A stretch of 64,000 nucleotides of DNA, taken from positions 620,001 through 684,000 of the forward strand of contig BROI01000003.1 of NCBI GenBank assembly GCA_027923505.1, given 5' to 3'. The notes beneath the pieces are model-generated. The model was not told where the DNA came from and ran no database searches. It was given only the letters and a program-made list of their open reading frames with translations. The first letter of the stretch is position 1, and each line of letters opens with the position of its first letter. The translations under genes were made by a program, and so were the position numbers. This document shows, one piece after another, positions 1 to 12,594 of the stretch. This DNA is from Mayamaea pseudoterrestris (Eukaryota).

Positions 1-2800
1 TGTTGCCGTTTCGTACAAAACAGCTCGCTCGTTTGGATGGACGCTGACACTGGTGTCATCGTTTCCCGCGCCATCGCCTGGGATTACGCCCATGCTGTGA
101 ACTCGGCTGAGAAGACGCTCGATGTCACCGCACTTAGAAAGAATCGCTGCAGCTTCCGACAAAGCAACTGCAGCACTCCCCGAAACAAGCTCTTGGACCG
201 CGTCGGTGCGTCGCTCAATGTCAGCCCGCCGGAACAAAGGGCGAAGCAACCATGCTCGAAGCAGGCGATTTCCATGTGGCGTTTTCGTATGATTGAGCAG
301 CGACCAGAGGCTACCATTTTGCTTGTTGTCCGCATTGTTCGCCAGAATCTCAAGATTCATCAGCGTTGTTCCGTCCAAAGCCATGTTAGACACGTCCTCC
401 TCGTTATAATGAAATGGCGCATCAATATCCATTTCTTCCGATTCATGATTTCTACGCGAAGGAGCAGACAGACTGCGACTGGAAGCTATAACCTCATCAT
501 CTTCTAGTATTTCTTGCGCAGCCAGCATACCCATGCTTCTCGCGCTATTCTCGTGCGCAACCGAGGATGCTGGCGGCACGTAGGCTTTCACGTGCCCCAT
601 GCTTAAAATCTCCATGTCAATCAGATTCCGCTGAAGGTAAAATAAGGCCGCTCCAAAGCTCGATATAGCCAGTTCAGCACTTCCTTCTACGACGGCTTGA
701 AGTATCGTTGGCCATCGAGACACACTGCATCCAACCTCTCCCTTTTTCGAGGCGCGCGGGTAATAGCCACGTCGATGAATTTCATCCAATGTCTCCTGAA
801 CATCCCATGGGTGGACAGTGCCTCGTCGCTCAAGCTGACGACGCATTTCGGGATCGATCGCATTCGATCTAGGAAAAGTCTCGTTGCCAAGAACGTATTC
901 CACACGAAACTTGGTGGCCGACGTCTGCTGCGAGGAATGAATCAGCGCACGTAGCGATTGAGACGCACCATCGTTACCTCCCTGTAAAATGATCTCTGAC
1001 GGTTGAAAGGTCAACAAGAGTGTATCCATTCTTGATCGCAATACATCATCAGCAAATTGTCCCACCGTAACTATCCCTCGCACTGCGTCGACAAGCGTTA
1101 TACCGTACTCGCACACTGGTTGGACTTCCGTTTCATCCTGACTGCTAGGAAGATCCAGCAACACTTCTCGAATCGCCAACAATGGACCCACGCCTGCCGA
1201 AGAAGCATCAGCCGTATCGTCGATCCGATCCAAGACGCAGTAGGTGCGAGTTCCCGCCGTGAGAATGCTGCACACTTCGCGATTGACAACCTTTGGAGAA
1301 CCTTTGCCCTTGTGCTTCTTTTTGCGTTCCTTCAATTGATCAGGTGTCTCCGTCTGCTCGACTCGACAGACCTTGTAGCCAGCTCGCACCATCATGTCGG
1401 CAAATTTGCCATAAGCAGCTTCCGGAAATCCACTGTGGGCAACGTGCCCTTTCATGTAGGAATGTCCACAAATCTGGACGCCAACGTCGGCGTCCATGTG
1501 GAACAGTTCGTAAAACTTGCCTGTAGCGAAAAGGAGGTGAGTACGCTGGAGAGTTGACGACATTTACATTTCCATTCATGTAATATTGCGCTACGTCAGA
1601 CTCACCAGTTTTGAATAAGAGCACAGCATCAAAGTACTGCGCCTTCAAATCCCACCACTGCTGCACGCCATCCGTTAGTTTGCCGCAGTGCTTCTCAAGC
1701 TCAATTTTATCCACCTTTAGTGTGCGCGGATCATACTCGGGATGACTCGTTGGCCGATTTTGGGCATCGCGTCGGTGAGCATACTGTAGAAACGTTAAAT
1801 GGTTATGTACGTGACTGCCGGGTGGATTGACAACCTCGCGTTGATACATGGGAGGCGCTCCGGTCGATAGAGTCGCCGCGCATGTCTTTCCAATGTTATT
1901 GTGGGAGGAGATGGTCGGAGACTGAAAGGAGGAGCTGTTCGAATGAGCAAGGATGGAGCCAGGTGTTGACTTTTTGTTACTCGACTGCGTAGCCACTGGC
2001 GTGATCTGCTTTGGAGTGAGTGCAGCTGTGCTTGGTTTAAGGGCCTTTTGAATCGACTGAAAGCTGCTTGCTTCGAATGATGAGCGAGCTGGAGTCTTGT
2101 GTGCCACGACTTTAAGCTTCTTTGGTCTGACAGAAGCCCTTTTTTCGTCGTTCTCTTCGTCCGATACTAGCCACTGGTCGTCGTCGTCATCATCATTATC
2201 GCCATTTGCTTGCTTTTCGTCCTGATAGACAGAGCCCTCGTCTTCGCTATCTGACATGACAAACCCATTTTCTTCCTCTTCGTCGTCACTTTCTTGAATA
2301 TGGCCGCGTTTCTTTTTGTTGGGTTTGGTGGCGTTTGCAGCATCGCTGATTCGAAAGGTTGCCGATGCAAGATCGATCCACTCCTCTTGTCCATCGTCGT
2401 ATTTAATAAAGAATCTCGCGGAACCAGCCTCTTGCTTGACAATTTTGGCAGCGTAGTACTCCTGGTCGTCGGGCCAGTAGACTTGGATGCAGTCTCCGTG
2501 CTGCAGTTTGGCAATGACACCTGAATTGCTCGTGGCAGTTGGATCCACAGTGTCTTGCTCCGTCTGGGACTGAGTCGCTTGAAGCGGAATAGCTGTCTTT
2601 ACTGCTTTTGTCGCTAATGGAAGCGATTTTACTAGAGCAGAAACAGTTGTTGCGTTTTTAGTAGGGTCTATAGCTGATGCAGCTGCGTCTAAATTTGGCT
2701 TCTCCTGCGGTTGCTGGCGAAAGAAACTGAATAATTTCCCCTGGCGATAAGCCTTGCTTGACGCGCCCAGCGGGCCATCAGCCTTGCGCTTGGTAGGCAT
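1..2800 (-). CDS. MSH6: DNA mismatch repair protein MSH6 (3' end runs off the window; intron 1521-1605)
   Basis: N-terminal PIP-box QGKLFSFF, Tudor-like VYWPDDQEYY..IKYDDG, YDPRTL motif. QWWDLK..FKTG splices (GTGAG..CAG) to KFYELFHMDAD. MALDGTTLMNLEIL further downstream. Confidence 0.95.
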
Positions 2801-2931
2801 TTAAATTGTTTAAAATTGTCTTGATTGCGTCCAATGCGAGTGGTTCATCCTCCAGTGCTCTAAAGGTGCTGTTCTCGCGAGAGGTGCCATGGTTGTCCGC
2901 CGCGCCTCGTGGCCAATGCCGCACCGCCGCT

Positions 2932-2988
2932 CCGCGCCGGCGATTGCGGGACTCGGATCAAATCCGCGTCCCGCAATCGCCGGCGCGG
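2932..2988. repeat. Perfect 21-bp GC-rich inverted repeat (hairpin) in divergent intergenic region
   Basis: CCGCGCCGGCGATTGCGGGAC (2932-2952) is the exact reverse complement of 2968-2988; inner CGGAT/ATCCG stem. Confidence 0.95.
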
Positions 2989-3140
2989 CGCGCACCTATA
3001 ACACACGCACCTACACACGCACCTACATACCCAAGAAGTTGCTTCTTCGCTTCGTTGAATCTGATCCTGCCACTCTAGTTCCTTCAAATGATCAAGCCAT
3101 CGCCAGGTTGTACCTTTGCATGCAGAGAATTAATGTGATA

Positions 3141-4841
3141 ATGACGCCAAAGAAAACTACATTTGTTTTGCTAGTGTTAGTGCACGCGAGATGCTTCTTG
3201 ACGTTTGCCGACGCCTTCACCTCGCCGAACCAACAAATGGTTTCAACTGTGAATGTAGAATCAACAATGTCCTCATCATCACTAAAGGCCTTTCGCATTT
3301 TCAAAGGCCGCAATCGCGTCGTCAAGGATCCCAGAACGGGATTCTATAGGCCAGCAAAGAGCCTTCCATTGCCAGTCATCGTCAGCGATGACCCAAGCCC
3401 CTGGGACCAGACCAAGGAAAGTGTGTATAGCGTCGTTGATGGCTTGACTGGACTGGCTGATGTTAACCCGTTTATCAAGCAGTCAACTGAAGCTGTCATA
3501 TCGGATGGATATAGTGAGGTGGAGCAACGGGTTTTGAAGGATGCCAGCAGCGGTGTGAGATATTACCAGACGCCGGATCAACGACTCATGCGCGAATACC
3601 AGCAACGAAATCGTGCGGAAGGCGATACTAATATACCAAACAAGAGTTTCTGGAACATGCTAAAAGGTGCCTTCTACTCAACCGTAGATTTCGCAGCTTC
3701 TACAATCGGATCTTCGGATGACGAAAACATCAATATCGCGGAAATGGACGCGGAGCGCATACCGCCCATTGTTCAGGAAAGCATTGCAAGTCCTCCAGTA
3801 CAAAAAGCGATTGCGGAATTGCAGTCAACAAGCAATCCAATCAAACAAGCCTTGGCGCGACAGACATTGAATGAGTATCAGCGCCAGCGAGAGGAAACGG
3901 AGGAATTGAAGCTGCAGCGACAACAGACGGCCGAGTCTATCAAGCAAACCATTTTCAGCATTGGAGACGCGGCAACAGAAACTATCGATTCATTGGCCCA
4001 GCTTCCCGCCAAAGCCACTACAGCGTCGCAAAAGATATCCTCGCTTATGCAGCGATTGCCTTTGGAAGCTAAGCGCTCCTGGAGAGCTGTCAAGAAGGTC
4101 CCTTCTCGCATCAACGAAACAACTCTCAAGGTGCAGTCGTCGATTGACGAGACGGTCGACACCACCCGCCAAACGATGCAGGAGATCGCCATGATCCCCA
4201 CCAAAGCTCAGCTAACATTCGTCGCCACTCGTCAAAGTGTCACGAACGCCGTGCAGGCAGTGGATGACGTTGCCACCAAGGCCAAAATTATCCTTGGACT
4301 TGAAAAGCCAATACCCAAACCACCAAAACTGCCGCCACCAAAGCCAGTGACTGCCAAAGATATTGACGTAAAAGTTGTCGCAAGTTTATCGAAAGGAGTG
4401 CTCCAAACGTCTTGGTGGGCCGGTAAGAAAGCTGCAATCTTGTCGTGGAAGGGTGCTAAGTTTGCTGTCAACAAAGGCTTGGAAATGTACAAGGAGCAAC
4501 AAGACCAGATGAATGCTGATGGTCTCGAAGCGTCGTTGGCAGCCGCTAACATGAAGCCGCTGGATTCACCGATGGGCTTCACAAAGCCGTCGACCATTGT
4601 CATCGAGAAAAGTACGATGAATTGGATTCCTACAGGAGCGACACAAACCACCGGTGGAACACCCATGCCACCGACGTCAAGCAGCAGCACAATTCAGATT
4701 GAAGGTCCGAAATTATCTCGTTCAGTGATGGAGCAGCAAGCTGAGATTGATCGTCAAGTGAATGAGGCGTTGAAGATGGCCGAAGAGGCGCTCGGCATGG
4801 CCACTAGCAGCACAGCAAATCAAGAACAAGTTAATGGGTAA
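3141..4841 (+). CDS. Hypothetical protein, probably plastid-targeted, with helical/coiled-coil and Pro-rich segments
   Basis: Long intronless ORF; signal peptide ending ADA-F; start chosen at MTPKK; no family recognised. Confidence 0.75.
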   Translation: MTPKKTTFVLLVLVHARCFLTFADAFTSPNQQMVSTVNVESTMSSSSLKAFRIFKGRNRVVKDPRTGFYRPAKSLPLPVIVSDDPSPWDQTKESVYSVVDGLTGLADVNPFIKQSTEAVISDGYSEVEQRVLKDASSGVRYYQTPDQRLMREYQQRNRAEGDTNIPNKSFWNMLKGAFYSTVDFAASTIGSSDDENINIAEMDAERIPPIVQESIASPPVQKAIAELQSTSNPIKQALARQTLNEYQRQREETEELKLQRQQTAESIKQTIFSIGDAATETIDSLAQLPAKATTASQKISSLMQRLPLEAKRSWRAVKKVPSRINETTLKVQSSIDETVDTTRQTMQEIAMIPTKAQLTFVATRQSVTNAVQAVDDVATKAKIILGLEKPIPKPPKLPPPKPVTAKDIDVKVVASLSKGVLQTSWWAGKKAAILSWKGAKFAVNKGLEMYKEQQDQMNADGLEASLAAANMKPLDSPMGFTKPSTIVIEKSTMNWIPTGATQTTGGTPMPPTSSSSTIQIEGPKLSRSVMEQQAEIDRQVNEALKMAEEALGMATSSTANQEQVNG

Positions 4842-5252
4842 GCTCGTATATCCTTTTCTCCACCAGACTGCATTTTATATGTGTTCTTTGCACGGTCGCC
4901 GATGCTGTAATGAATGCGCACCATCAAGACGCATCTTTCCCACGAGTTCACGTTTATATTTGAAAGAGCTGCAGACTAGCAATCCAATCTCTGATCAGCA
5001 AATTTCTAAAGCATCTTTGTAAGAAACATAATTTCCTATGACTTTACAAGCTATTGGTACACATTCTAGAAGTAGCAGCCTTAAAACGCCGCAACGAACG
5101 CGTGTCCGTTATTCATTGCAACTCGAGAGCACAACAAAACTCCGAGAAGCAGAATAGACCAGGGAAAACTTTTTGACCTCTCCACGCACGTATCGGCCCT
5201 TCACCTACGTCTGCTCCCTCTCAAGCATCAGCGAGCAATGTCCCGGCTTCGC

Positions 5253-6456
5253 TCAGTTAGCAACATTCACAGGGGCCCCGTCGCCTGGCTCCGTCAGAAA
5301 GTACTGCACCAAGTCCTTGGCGCTCACGACTCCCACCAACAAATCATCGCACTCGACAACGTACAAACGGTCAAAACGAAGCTGCGCAAACGATTCGAAC
5401 ACAGCTTGAAGCGTATGTTGCGGCGAGCAAGTTCTCAATGCATCCGGCGTCGTCGGTACTGCTACCGGCAATGCCATGCCAGAGTCTTGCTGCTGCTGTG
5501 AAGGTAGCTGCTGCAGCTGTCCATTCAAGCCAATCATGTCGGCCAACGTGGCATCTAAGCGATTGACAGCATCCTGAGCATCCGAAGCTTGTATTAAAAA
5601 GGTTATATCGGATCTCGAGTAAACGCCACAGAGCTTCCGATTGCCATTTGCGGTCACTTCCACCACTGGAAGCGCCGATAAGCAATGTTGTTGCATCAGA
5701 TCCAGCGCATCTTTCAAAGTTTGACCGAGAGTCACCATAACTAAGTTTTCAACCCCATATGTGCCAACATTCAAATCCATAATCGAGTCGTCAAAGAGTC
5801 GACGTTGTTCTCGGAAATGCGTGACCAAGTGTTCGAGAATGTTTGTGTACGTCAAACAAGCCAAGACACGCATGTCTTCGACAAAGACAATGGGCAGAAA
5901 GTCTTGTCGCGTTGATAACAGCTGAACGCTAGCTTGTTTCAACGAGCAAGACGAGTCAGCTCCGCAAAATGGCCGACTCAAATTTGGATTTTGTCCTAAA
6001 ATGGTCGAAATGCTTTCCGTGGCAAGTTCGCTCACGTCTCGATTCGTCGTCTTGTAATGACAAAGCAAATCAATAAAATCAGAGACAGTCAAAAGACCGA
6101 CGAATTGCGCGCGACTTGGATCCCATAGAGGAGCTGCTAGCATGTCTAAGCGATTTATATGGAGAACTGGTAAGAAAGACATGTTGTGACAGCATGACAG
6201 AAATCGCAAAAGACACTGCAAGGAAAACCCTCTACGGGTAGCATGTTCCACACGTACCATGCTCGACGAGCGCATAAAAAGCTAATTGAATTGGAATTCG
6301 TGTATCAAAGACGACAAGTTTGCCAGATGCTCGCAGCACGGAAAAGCAAGAGTGCGATTCAAGAAACTGCCGAATGGCGTGACGACCGGCCTGACGGACC
6401 ACCTCTCGCTCGTTGAGCATTTGCTGCGGCAAATGTAAAGGAACTCCAGCGTCCAT
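5253..6456 (-). CDS. CBS-domain protein, AMPK gamma / SNF4-like regulatory subunit (intron 6146-6257)
   Basis: SGKLVVFDTRIPIQLAFYALVEH|DMLAAPLWD..FVGLLTVSDFI; SALPVV; YSRSDI; GVVSAKDLVQYF. Confidence 0.88.
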
Positions 6457-6735
6457 TATATATTATAGTTATGACCCTATAGATGTGCAAACAAAGTTGA
6501 AAGAGCTATGGTAGACTATGCAAGAAGCAACGAAATGGATGCGATTGCAAACCGACTCTTGTGTGGCGCTGTGTGTGCCCATGGTGATGCCTGCGCCTTC
6601 ACAGCATGCATCCATTTTACTATAGGTAAAAGAGTACTTTGAAATCGGAGATCCGAATATAATGAAACCCGGAAAACGAGTTGCCGTCGAGCGAACGTTC
6701 CAACGATCAAGGCATTGCTATTACTTAGGCCTTTG

Positions 6736-6776
6736 TGACGTAGTTTTCACTGGCACTCGTTTCGTATTATTGCCTT
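6736..6776 (+). repeat. Single copy of the 42-bp repeat (core TGACGTAGTTTTCACTGGCACTCGTTTC)
   Basis: Matches units at 26335-26502 and the reverse complement of units at 47139-47472. Confidence 0.9.
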
Positions 6777-6928
6777 TCTGATTTCATAATCGCTTTCATG
6801 ACCACACACCACAAGAAGCTGTTTCACATTATAGCCTGTTAGTCGTTTTCACTCTCGCAGCGAATGTTTTCTAATATTGCCTCGCATGGATGGTGTCGAT
6901 AATTTGCGACAGACACAGCTTGGCCACC

Positions 6929-8245
6929 ATGGCCGAACGTACAACGGCGGCAGCTTCTTCAGCTGCAATACTCACAAATGAAGTATCCAGAGTCGAAAAA
7001 GATACATTCTTGATAGCTGCTGCATTGGATGCTGATATCTTGGATGAGTTTTTCATTCGCGTGTTGCTGCAGTCCTTCCTTGCCGAACTCGAGCCACTTC
7101 ATCGACATTATTTTTCGTCAGCTTCTTCGGGTATACTTCAGACTCTGTCAGACTTGTCAATCCCATTGATTCAAATAATCACCCTTTTTGCCTGCCACGG
7201 GCAAACGCCAGCTCTCTCGTTGTTGGGTCTTAGACGAAAAGTACGACAGCAACATAAAACAATCTGCTCGAACGAGAGTCAATATGATTTCAAACATTCA
7301 TATTCCAACAGTCTAACCAGTCGACTTGCAATCTATGCTACTATTGCCATCGTTCTACCTACATTGTATGAGCGCGTGAGGCAATACTGGTTGCAAAATC
7401 ATTCCAAGCGGTTGCAGGAAATGATTCAAGCACGAACGTGGCACGAGAATGAAGACAGCGATTTAGAAACCGAAACCGATGTATGCGCTGAAATTTCTAG
7501 TATGAGTACTTATATCGGAACTATTGAGAACGATTGCCAAAGAAGGAATCATACCGCACCGGCGAAATCCGCTACGGAACTTGCATGGGAACGTCGAGAA
7601 AAGGTGGGCGCTCTCGCTATACAAATAATTGACAAGTTGACACCGACGATCCAACTGTTTACATTACTCGCGTGCTGGTCGGGCCGATCGTCGACACCAT
7701 CGATGGCCATGCTTCTATCAGGACTTTGCTTGGAGAATGAAACGGCATCAACGACGCCATCATCCGACGCAGCAGCTTTGACTCGCACACTATTTGTCGG
7801 TTTCGCGCATCGACGCTGGTTGTATCACGAGCTTGCTCGAACTGCCAAGCTACTTTGGACCGGTCTAGCCATGACGAGAATGCATTCATCGTCTTGGCGA
7901 CCACAGGTGCGTGCGCCATGGCAGCGCTGGCGAGCCCAGTTCTGGTCGGCCTTGCAGAGAGTCCATCCGGCTAGGTTACTCGGGAAACTGCCCGAAAACG
8001 AAGATATTGAAACTGTAAGTAATCATTTTAACGCATTGGAATCTTTGAAGGAGTGTCTCATATGCCAAGCCAAGCCAATGGTCATGCCAGTCGAGGCAAA
8101 TTGTTCATGTCGCGGCGCATATTGCTACGTTTGTCTGTACAATTACTCGCGTCGCAAGCAAGGGCGGTGGCAGCAGCGCAGCCAACACGCTGTCTGCTGC
8201 GTGAAATGCGGAGATGTCATACACAAGGCACGTCATCTTCCATAG
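6929..8245 (+). CDS. PEX2: Peroxin PEX2-like RING-finger protein
   Basis: N-terminal LDAxxLD motif; GQTP..LLGLR; FAHRRWLYHEL segment; C-terminal CxxC..C..YCYVC..CxxC RING. Confidence 0.75.
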   Translation: MAERTTAAASSAAILTNEVSRVEKDTFLIAAALDADILDEFFIRVLLQSFLAELEPLHRHYFSSASSGILQTLSDLSIPLIQIITLFACHGQTPALSLLGLRRKVRQQHKTICSNESQYDFKHSYSNSLTSRLAIYATIAIVLPTLYERVRQYWLQNHSKRLQEMIQARTWHENEDSDLETETDVCAEISSMSTYIGTIENDCQRRNHTAPAKSATELAWERREKVGALAIQIIDKLTPTIQLFTLLACWSGRSSTPSMAMLLSGLCLENETASTTPSSDAAALTRTLFVGFAHRRWLYHELARTAKLLWTGLAMTRMHSSSWRPQVRAPWQRWRAQFWSALQRVHPARLLGKLPENEDIETVSNHFNALESLKECLICQAKPMVMPVEANCSCRGAYCYVCLYNYSRRKQGRWQQRSQHAVCCVKCGDVIHKARHLP

Positions 8246-8556
8246 TAGTTGCTTCTGTCAGGGCTATCAGAAGCAATTTTACCGGTAGCTTTGATCATTC
8301 GTGGAGCCATGCACAAATTACAACACATAAAAGGCTCCTCACTTGACACGCTCCATCCGGTACACCATAAGACGATAAGTTTTGAATATAAATGATGTAT
8401 ACCACGATAGCAATAATTTACTTCCTTCTCGTATTAACTGTAAGATAGCGCAAGCTACCAAGAACAAGCGAGCCCGTGGTGTGCCATTGGTGCCCTGACA
8501 ATAAAAGAAGCCTGCTCCATACATTAATAAGGCAAAGGGAGTCAACAACGCAAAAA

Positions 8557-9425
8557 TCAAACGTCTTCCACCAACTCTACATAAACGTTCATTTCACTCG
8601 GCATCTCCTCGTCGTCTACTTCAGGCAGCGAGGTTGACGCTCCATCCAAATTATCGTCATCGTCCTTGCTACGATTCTTGTTGGCTTCTCGTTCCGCTCG
8701 CTTGGCTGCGGCGCGCTCCCTTCGAAGCCGATTACGCTCTTCCAGTTCTTGTGGATTCATGCGCTGGTATCGTTCGCGCTCAAGTTTCGCGCGACGAGCG
8801 TTTCTGCCCCGGGCGCTTTCGCCGTCCAGCGCATGGTAGCGTCCGCGTTCGCGCTCTCGACGCTTGATTCGCTGTATCTCATTCTGGCGATGATACTGCT
8901 TGCAAAGAAATCGCAACGAGTGGGGTGATAAGAAAGCATCGAGAGAGTATGAAATGAACAGTATGTGTAAGTCGAAAAGTGAATGTACGGAAAAATAGCG
9001 GCTTCTCATCCCTCAAACGTCTTCAAGCCGCTCTATAATATATTTCATCTCACCTGCTCCCGTCGTTTCTCATTGTAAGCAGCTCGCTGTTCCTCCGTCA
9101 TTTGCGAGTAGCGATTTCGATCCTTCATGCGGCGAGCCGCCAAAGCTTCTTCGTGACTCATCACATTCGCCTTGCTGCCAAGATGATCGGTAGGCTTGTG
9201 TCTCTTTTGGCTTGGCTCAAGGAGCAGCCCATCAACATCAAGGTCGTCATTACTGGCCTCAACGACAACTTTATGCGCAGCTTCCTCTACGGCAAGGACA
9301 GCCGCATGAACGTCTACATCAACTGCTTCCACAGCCGCTGCAGCAGCGGCTGCGGCAATGAGCGCCGTGGTATCCTCCTCTGGCAAGTCGACCTCATGGT
9401 CATGATCGTTTGACGACAAGGACAT
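8557..9425 (-). CDS. Hypothetical charged coiled-coil protein (intron 8896-9053)
   Basis: Two ORFs join in frame at CAG|GTGAG..CAG (REQ|YHRQ); repeated RY..M..E..R helices. Confidence 0.7.
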
Positions 9426-9871
9426 GAGTACGACACAACTATTCGGAAAAGCGAAAGGAGACGAGGTGAACAGGACAGACGGTGGTCTGTGCTTGGTATC
9501 AAGGGTCTGTTGTCGGTCGAGCGGAGGCTTGCACATCGTCCGCGTCGCACGTTCACCAACCGTTTCGGTTTCTCGCGAAAATGTTGCCACGTGGCAAAAT
9601 GTGATTGGCTGTAAGCGACGATTGGTTGAACTTGGATGCGTCACGGTGATAGGTTTAGCTAACCCATTTTTGGCCAAGTATTGCATCGAAACTCTACCGT
9701 ACCTCATCCATATTACCTAGTCCATCACATATTTAAAGTGTTTAGCATACATTAATTAAACTATAATTGCGGTGCGCTCGACACATTGACAGATCAAATA
9801 TATTAAGCCGTCTACGAGTCAAGCAAAGACAGAGGTATAAATGTCCAAACAAGGAACAATGTGCAAAATTG

Positions 9872-10750
9872 TTACAAGCTCTTGTAATGATATTTTACTC
9901 CTTTCAAGTCACACAGCTGCCGTTGCGAGTCGCGTTGATCCCAGTGCAGCAGGAAAGCTGCGCCCAGGGTGGCGAGATTGGCTAGCACGAGTCCAATGGG
10001 CAGCAACCAGTGCCCCTGGTGATCTAGCAGCGTGCCCTCGGCACTGCTTGACGAATCTTGCAGTGGCTCGTATCGAATAATGACAGCAGCAGACAAGAGC
10101 GCATTGACTACCAGCAAAGTGATACAGGTAAAGTTCAAGCTCCGTTTGGACCTGGCGACATGGGAGCTGCCGGCCTCATTTGTTTGCTTTTCGTCATCTT
10201 CAATCTTTTCGGCATGGCTTGCGTTGCTCGCTGTACTTTGTAGCCCATCGTTCTCTCCCTTGCCATCGCGTATAGCCAGTCTAATGGTTTTGAATTGAAG
10301 CAGCAATGAAACAATGCCTTGCAGATATCGCAGCATGCGCTGACTTGGTGGATACGCGGTCGATTCGGTTAAATCATCAATGACGACAAGCAGAAACGAA
10401 ACAATGGCTGTCGTGCGACACAGCGCTGTAAAGACTCGGCGTATCTGTACCTGTTGTCGATATGAAAGGTGTGAGTAAGAGAGTCCCATCAGTCAGTGAC
10501 AGCGCACAATGGTGACAGGTGACAGTATGCAATAGGCAAGTTCGACGAGATGCAAGGAGTATGGAATTTTTCAGACCGTCATTATTCATACCTGCTGCTT
10601 AATAATCTTTTGCTCAATCTCTGCAACCACTCGATCTTGGTCATCCTGGTCAAGAAGATTAGAGCCCTCTTCCTCACTTTCGCTGCTCTCATTAATGACA
10701 GCATCATCTTCACCATTCGGTTTCACCGTCTCGTCTCTTCGGCGTCTCAT
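9872..10750 (-). CDS. Hypothetical multi-pass membrane protein (intron 10451-10591)
   Basis: Exon 1 MRRRRDE..KQQ splices in frame to VQIRRV; four hydrophobic segments; C-terminal LKGVKYHYKSL. Confidence 0.7.
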
Positions 10751-10955
10751 ACTTAGTTATCACGTTATGATAAGCTATTTCGCGTCAACAAGACCATGCG
10801 CCACTGCATTTTTTTGCGCGTTGTGAGCCGAGCATTCGCCATGGTCGTCGGCGAAGATCACAAACTAGGCGGAGCGCGAATGAAATTCCTTTTTCATTGT
10901 CGCAGTACGACACGTTATTGTCGACGACCGACGAATTTCACATCACAAACGCACC

Positions 10956-12281
10956 ATGGCGCCATTGGCCCTTCCCAGTCGGCTGGAACCAGTTTCGGTT
11001 CCCATTTTTGCAATAGACTGGTTTGTTCCTCGGCATGCGAATATAGTGGGTGAGCCAAGATCTTCTGTAGTTGCATACTGCGGTGGTGGAGGAAGTGCTA
11101 AGACTGGCGTTACAAACTCCATTTTCGTCGATTGTTACAGTGATGGCAGCGGAAGGAAACAGTCCCTGGTAATTCCTACAGACGATGAGATTGGAGTAGC
11201 GTTGAAAATCTATCAGCATGAAGTCAAGCTGAGTCTTTGGCTGGCTGTCTGCGTCAAGAATAGCGTTCGCCGCTATCGACTGCCAACGGGTGAATCGGCT
11301 GGTGAGATCGACGTTGGAGAGGAAGTCAGTACCGTCGCTATACACCCGACTGGACGATTTATTGCTATTGGGTGCGAGTCTGGACATATTATCGTTTATG
11401 CAATTTCCAAAGATGATATAGATGATGAAACCTTTACGAAAGCAACCGAAGTTTTTCGTGACGATCGACACAAAAAAGCAGTTTGCTGCATGGCTTTCTC
11501 CGAATATGGTGGTCGTCTCATCACGAGTGGAAAAGATGGCAAAGTGTTTATATACGAAGGCACTAATTTTATGATTGGGTTGACCTGCACGGTTACGGAA
11601 GTTAGCGACCCACCGCCTCCGACGCAGCGAGCACCCCCGCAAATTATTGTCAAGGGATGTGCTTTTTTGGATCACCAAGGCCTAGAAGCAGTAACTGTTG
11701 CTTCGCCACGACGCGGAAAAGCATACATTGCTCGATGGGTACAACAGTCTGATGAGCAAGGATTCGTCTTTGTCGACAAGCAAGTCTGCTACCAGCATCC
11801 CATTTCCTCGTTCAGCCTGTCTGCAGATCGCACATTGATTGCCCTTGGAAGCTCGGATGGGAGCGTCCTTCTTCGAGATGCCATTAAATGGAAGCCACTG
11901 AAAACTTTCTTTGAGGTCCACGACTTTCCCGTCACATGCATCGCAGCGCGACCCTATCCGACAGAGAAGTTGTTGGGTGAGGAGGATGGGGTCGTCATGG
12001 CCGCCAGGACCGCGTCTGCGGACGGAAAGCTTGCCTGCCTCACGCAGCAAAAGCGAGGGCCCAGATCATCCGAGCAACAGAGTTCAGGTGTAATGGTATT
12101 TATGAACCAAGTCGCGTTGTTTTTGATCTTCTTGGCATTACTGCTGACTCCTGTGATTAAGGAGTACCAACAGAAATGTGGGCATGAAGCGTTCGATTCG
12201 GCAAATAAGCGTCGCTGTCTGGTGGATAGTGTGCTCCTCGCACCGTCCTCTCGGCCTGGCGTTGGCGTCCCTCCCTACTGA
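10956..12281 (+). CDS. SEC12: Sec12/PREB-like WD40 guanine-nucleotide exchange factor for Sar1
   Basis: K-loop GGGGSAKTG near N terminus, WD40 repeats, HDFPVT motif, single C-terminal TM helix. Confidence 0.85.
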   Translation: MAPLALPSRLEPVSVPIFAIDWFVPRHANIVGEPRSSVVAYCGGGGSAKTGVTNSIFVDCYSDGSGRKQSLVIPTDDEIGVALKIYQHEVKLSLWLAVCVKNSVRRYRLPTGESAGEIDVGEEVSTVAIHPTGRFIAIGCESGHIIVYAISKDDIDDETFTKATEVFRDDRHKKAVCCMAFSEYGGRLITSGKDGKVFIYEGTNFMIGLTCTVTEVSDPPPPTQRAPPQIIVKGCAFLDHQGLEAVTVASPRRGKAYIARWVQQSDEQGFVFVDKQVCYQHPISSFSLSADRTLIALGSSDGSVLLRDAIKWKPLKTFFEVHDFPVTCIAARPYPTEKLLGEEDGVVMAARTASADGKLACLTQQKRGPRSSEQQSSGVMVFMNQVALFLIFLALLLTPVIKEYQQKCGHEAFDSANKRRCLVDSVLLAPSSRPGVGVPPY

Positions 12282-12594
12282 GAACTCTCTACCTTATTAC
12301 CGCATTAATGAGTTGCATGTTAGGCTTTCAGAATTATTCATTTACTTAGTTTGCCTACTCTGTATTGATTTTCGTGGTCGCAATAGCAGAGGACGCTCGT
12401 CAGTTGTATCGTTACTATTGCTTTGTCCCCTGCTATTCGAGTGATCGCTTCGATCCATGAGTGCGTGTATAAAGCACTTTTCCGATGACTATATCATCAA
12501 CCAATGGCGAGACGTAAGGTGCGAAAAATAACAATTGCAGGTGCTGTGACGAATTCATTCGCCAGTGTCGCTCCATTTACAGATGTATTTTCGT

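Noticed and set aside
37..1557. Plus-strand ORFs over MSH6, and other antisense ORFs throughout the track
   Set aside because: Shadow ORFs opposite well-supported genes, with no motifs of their own
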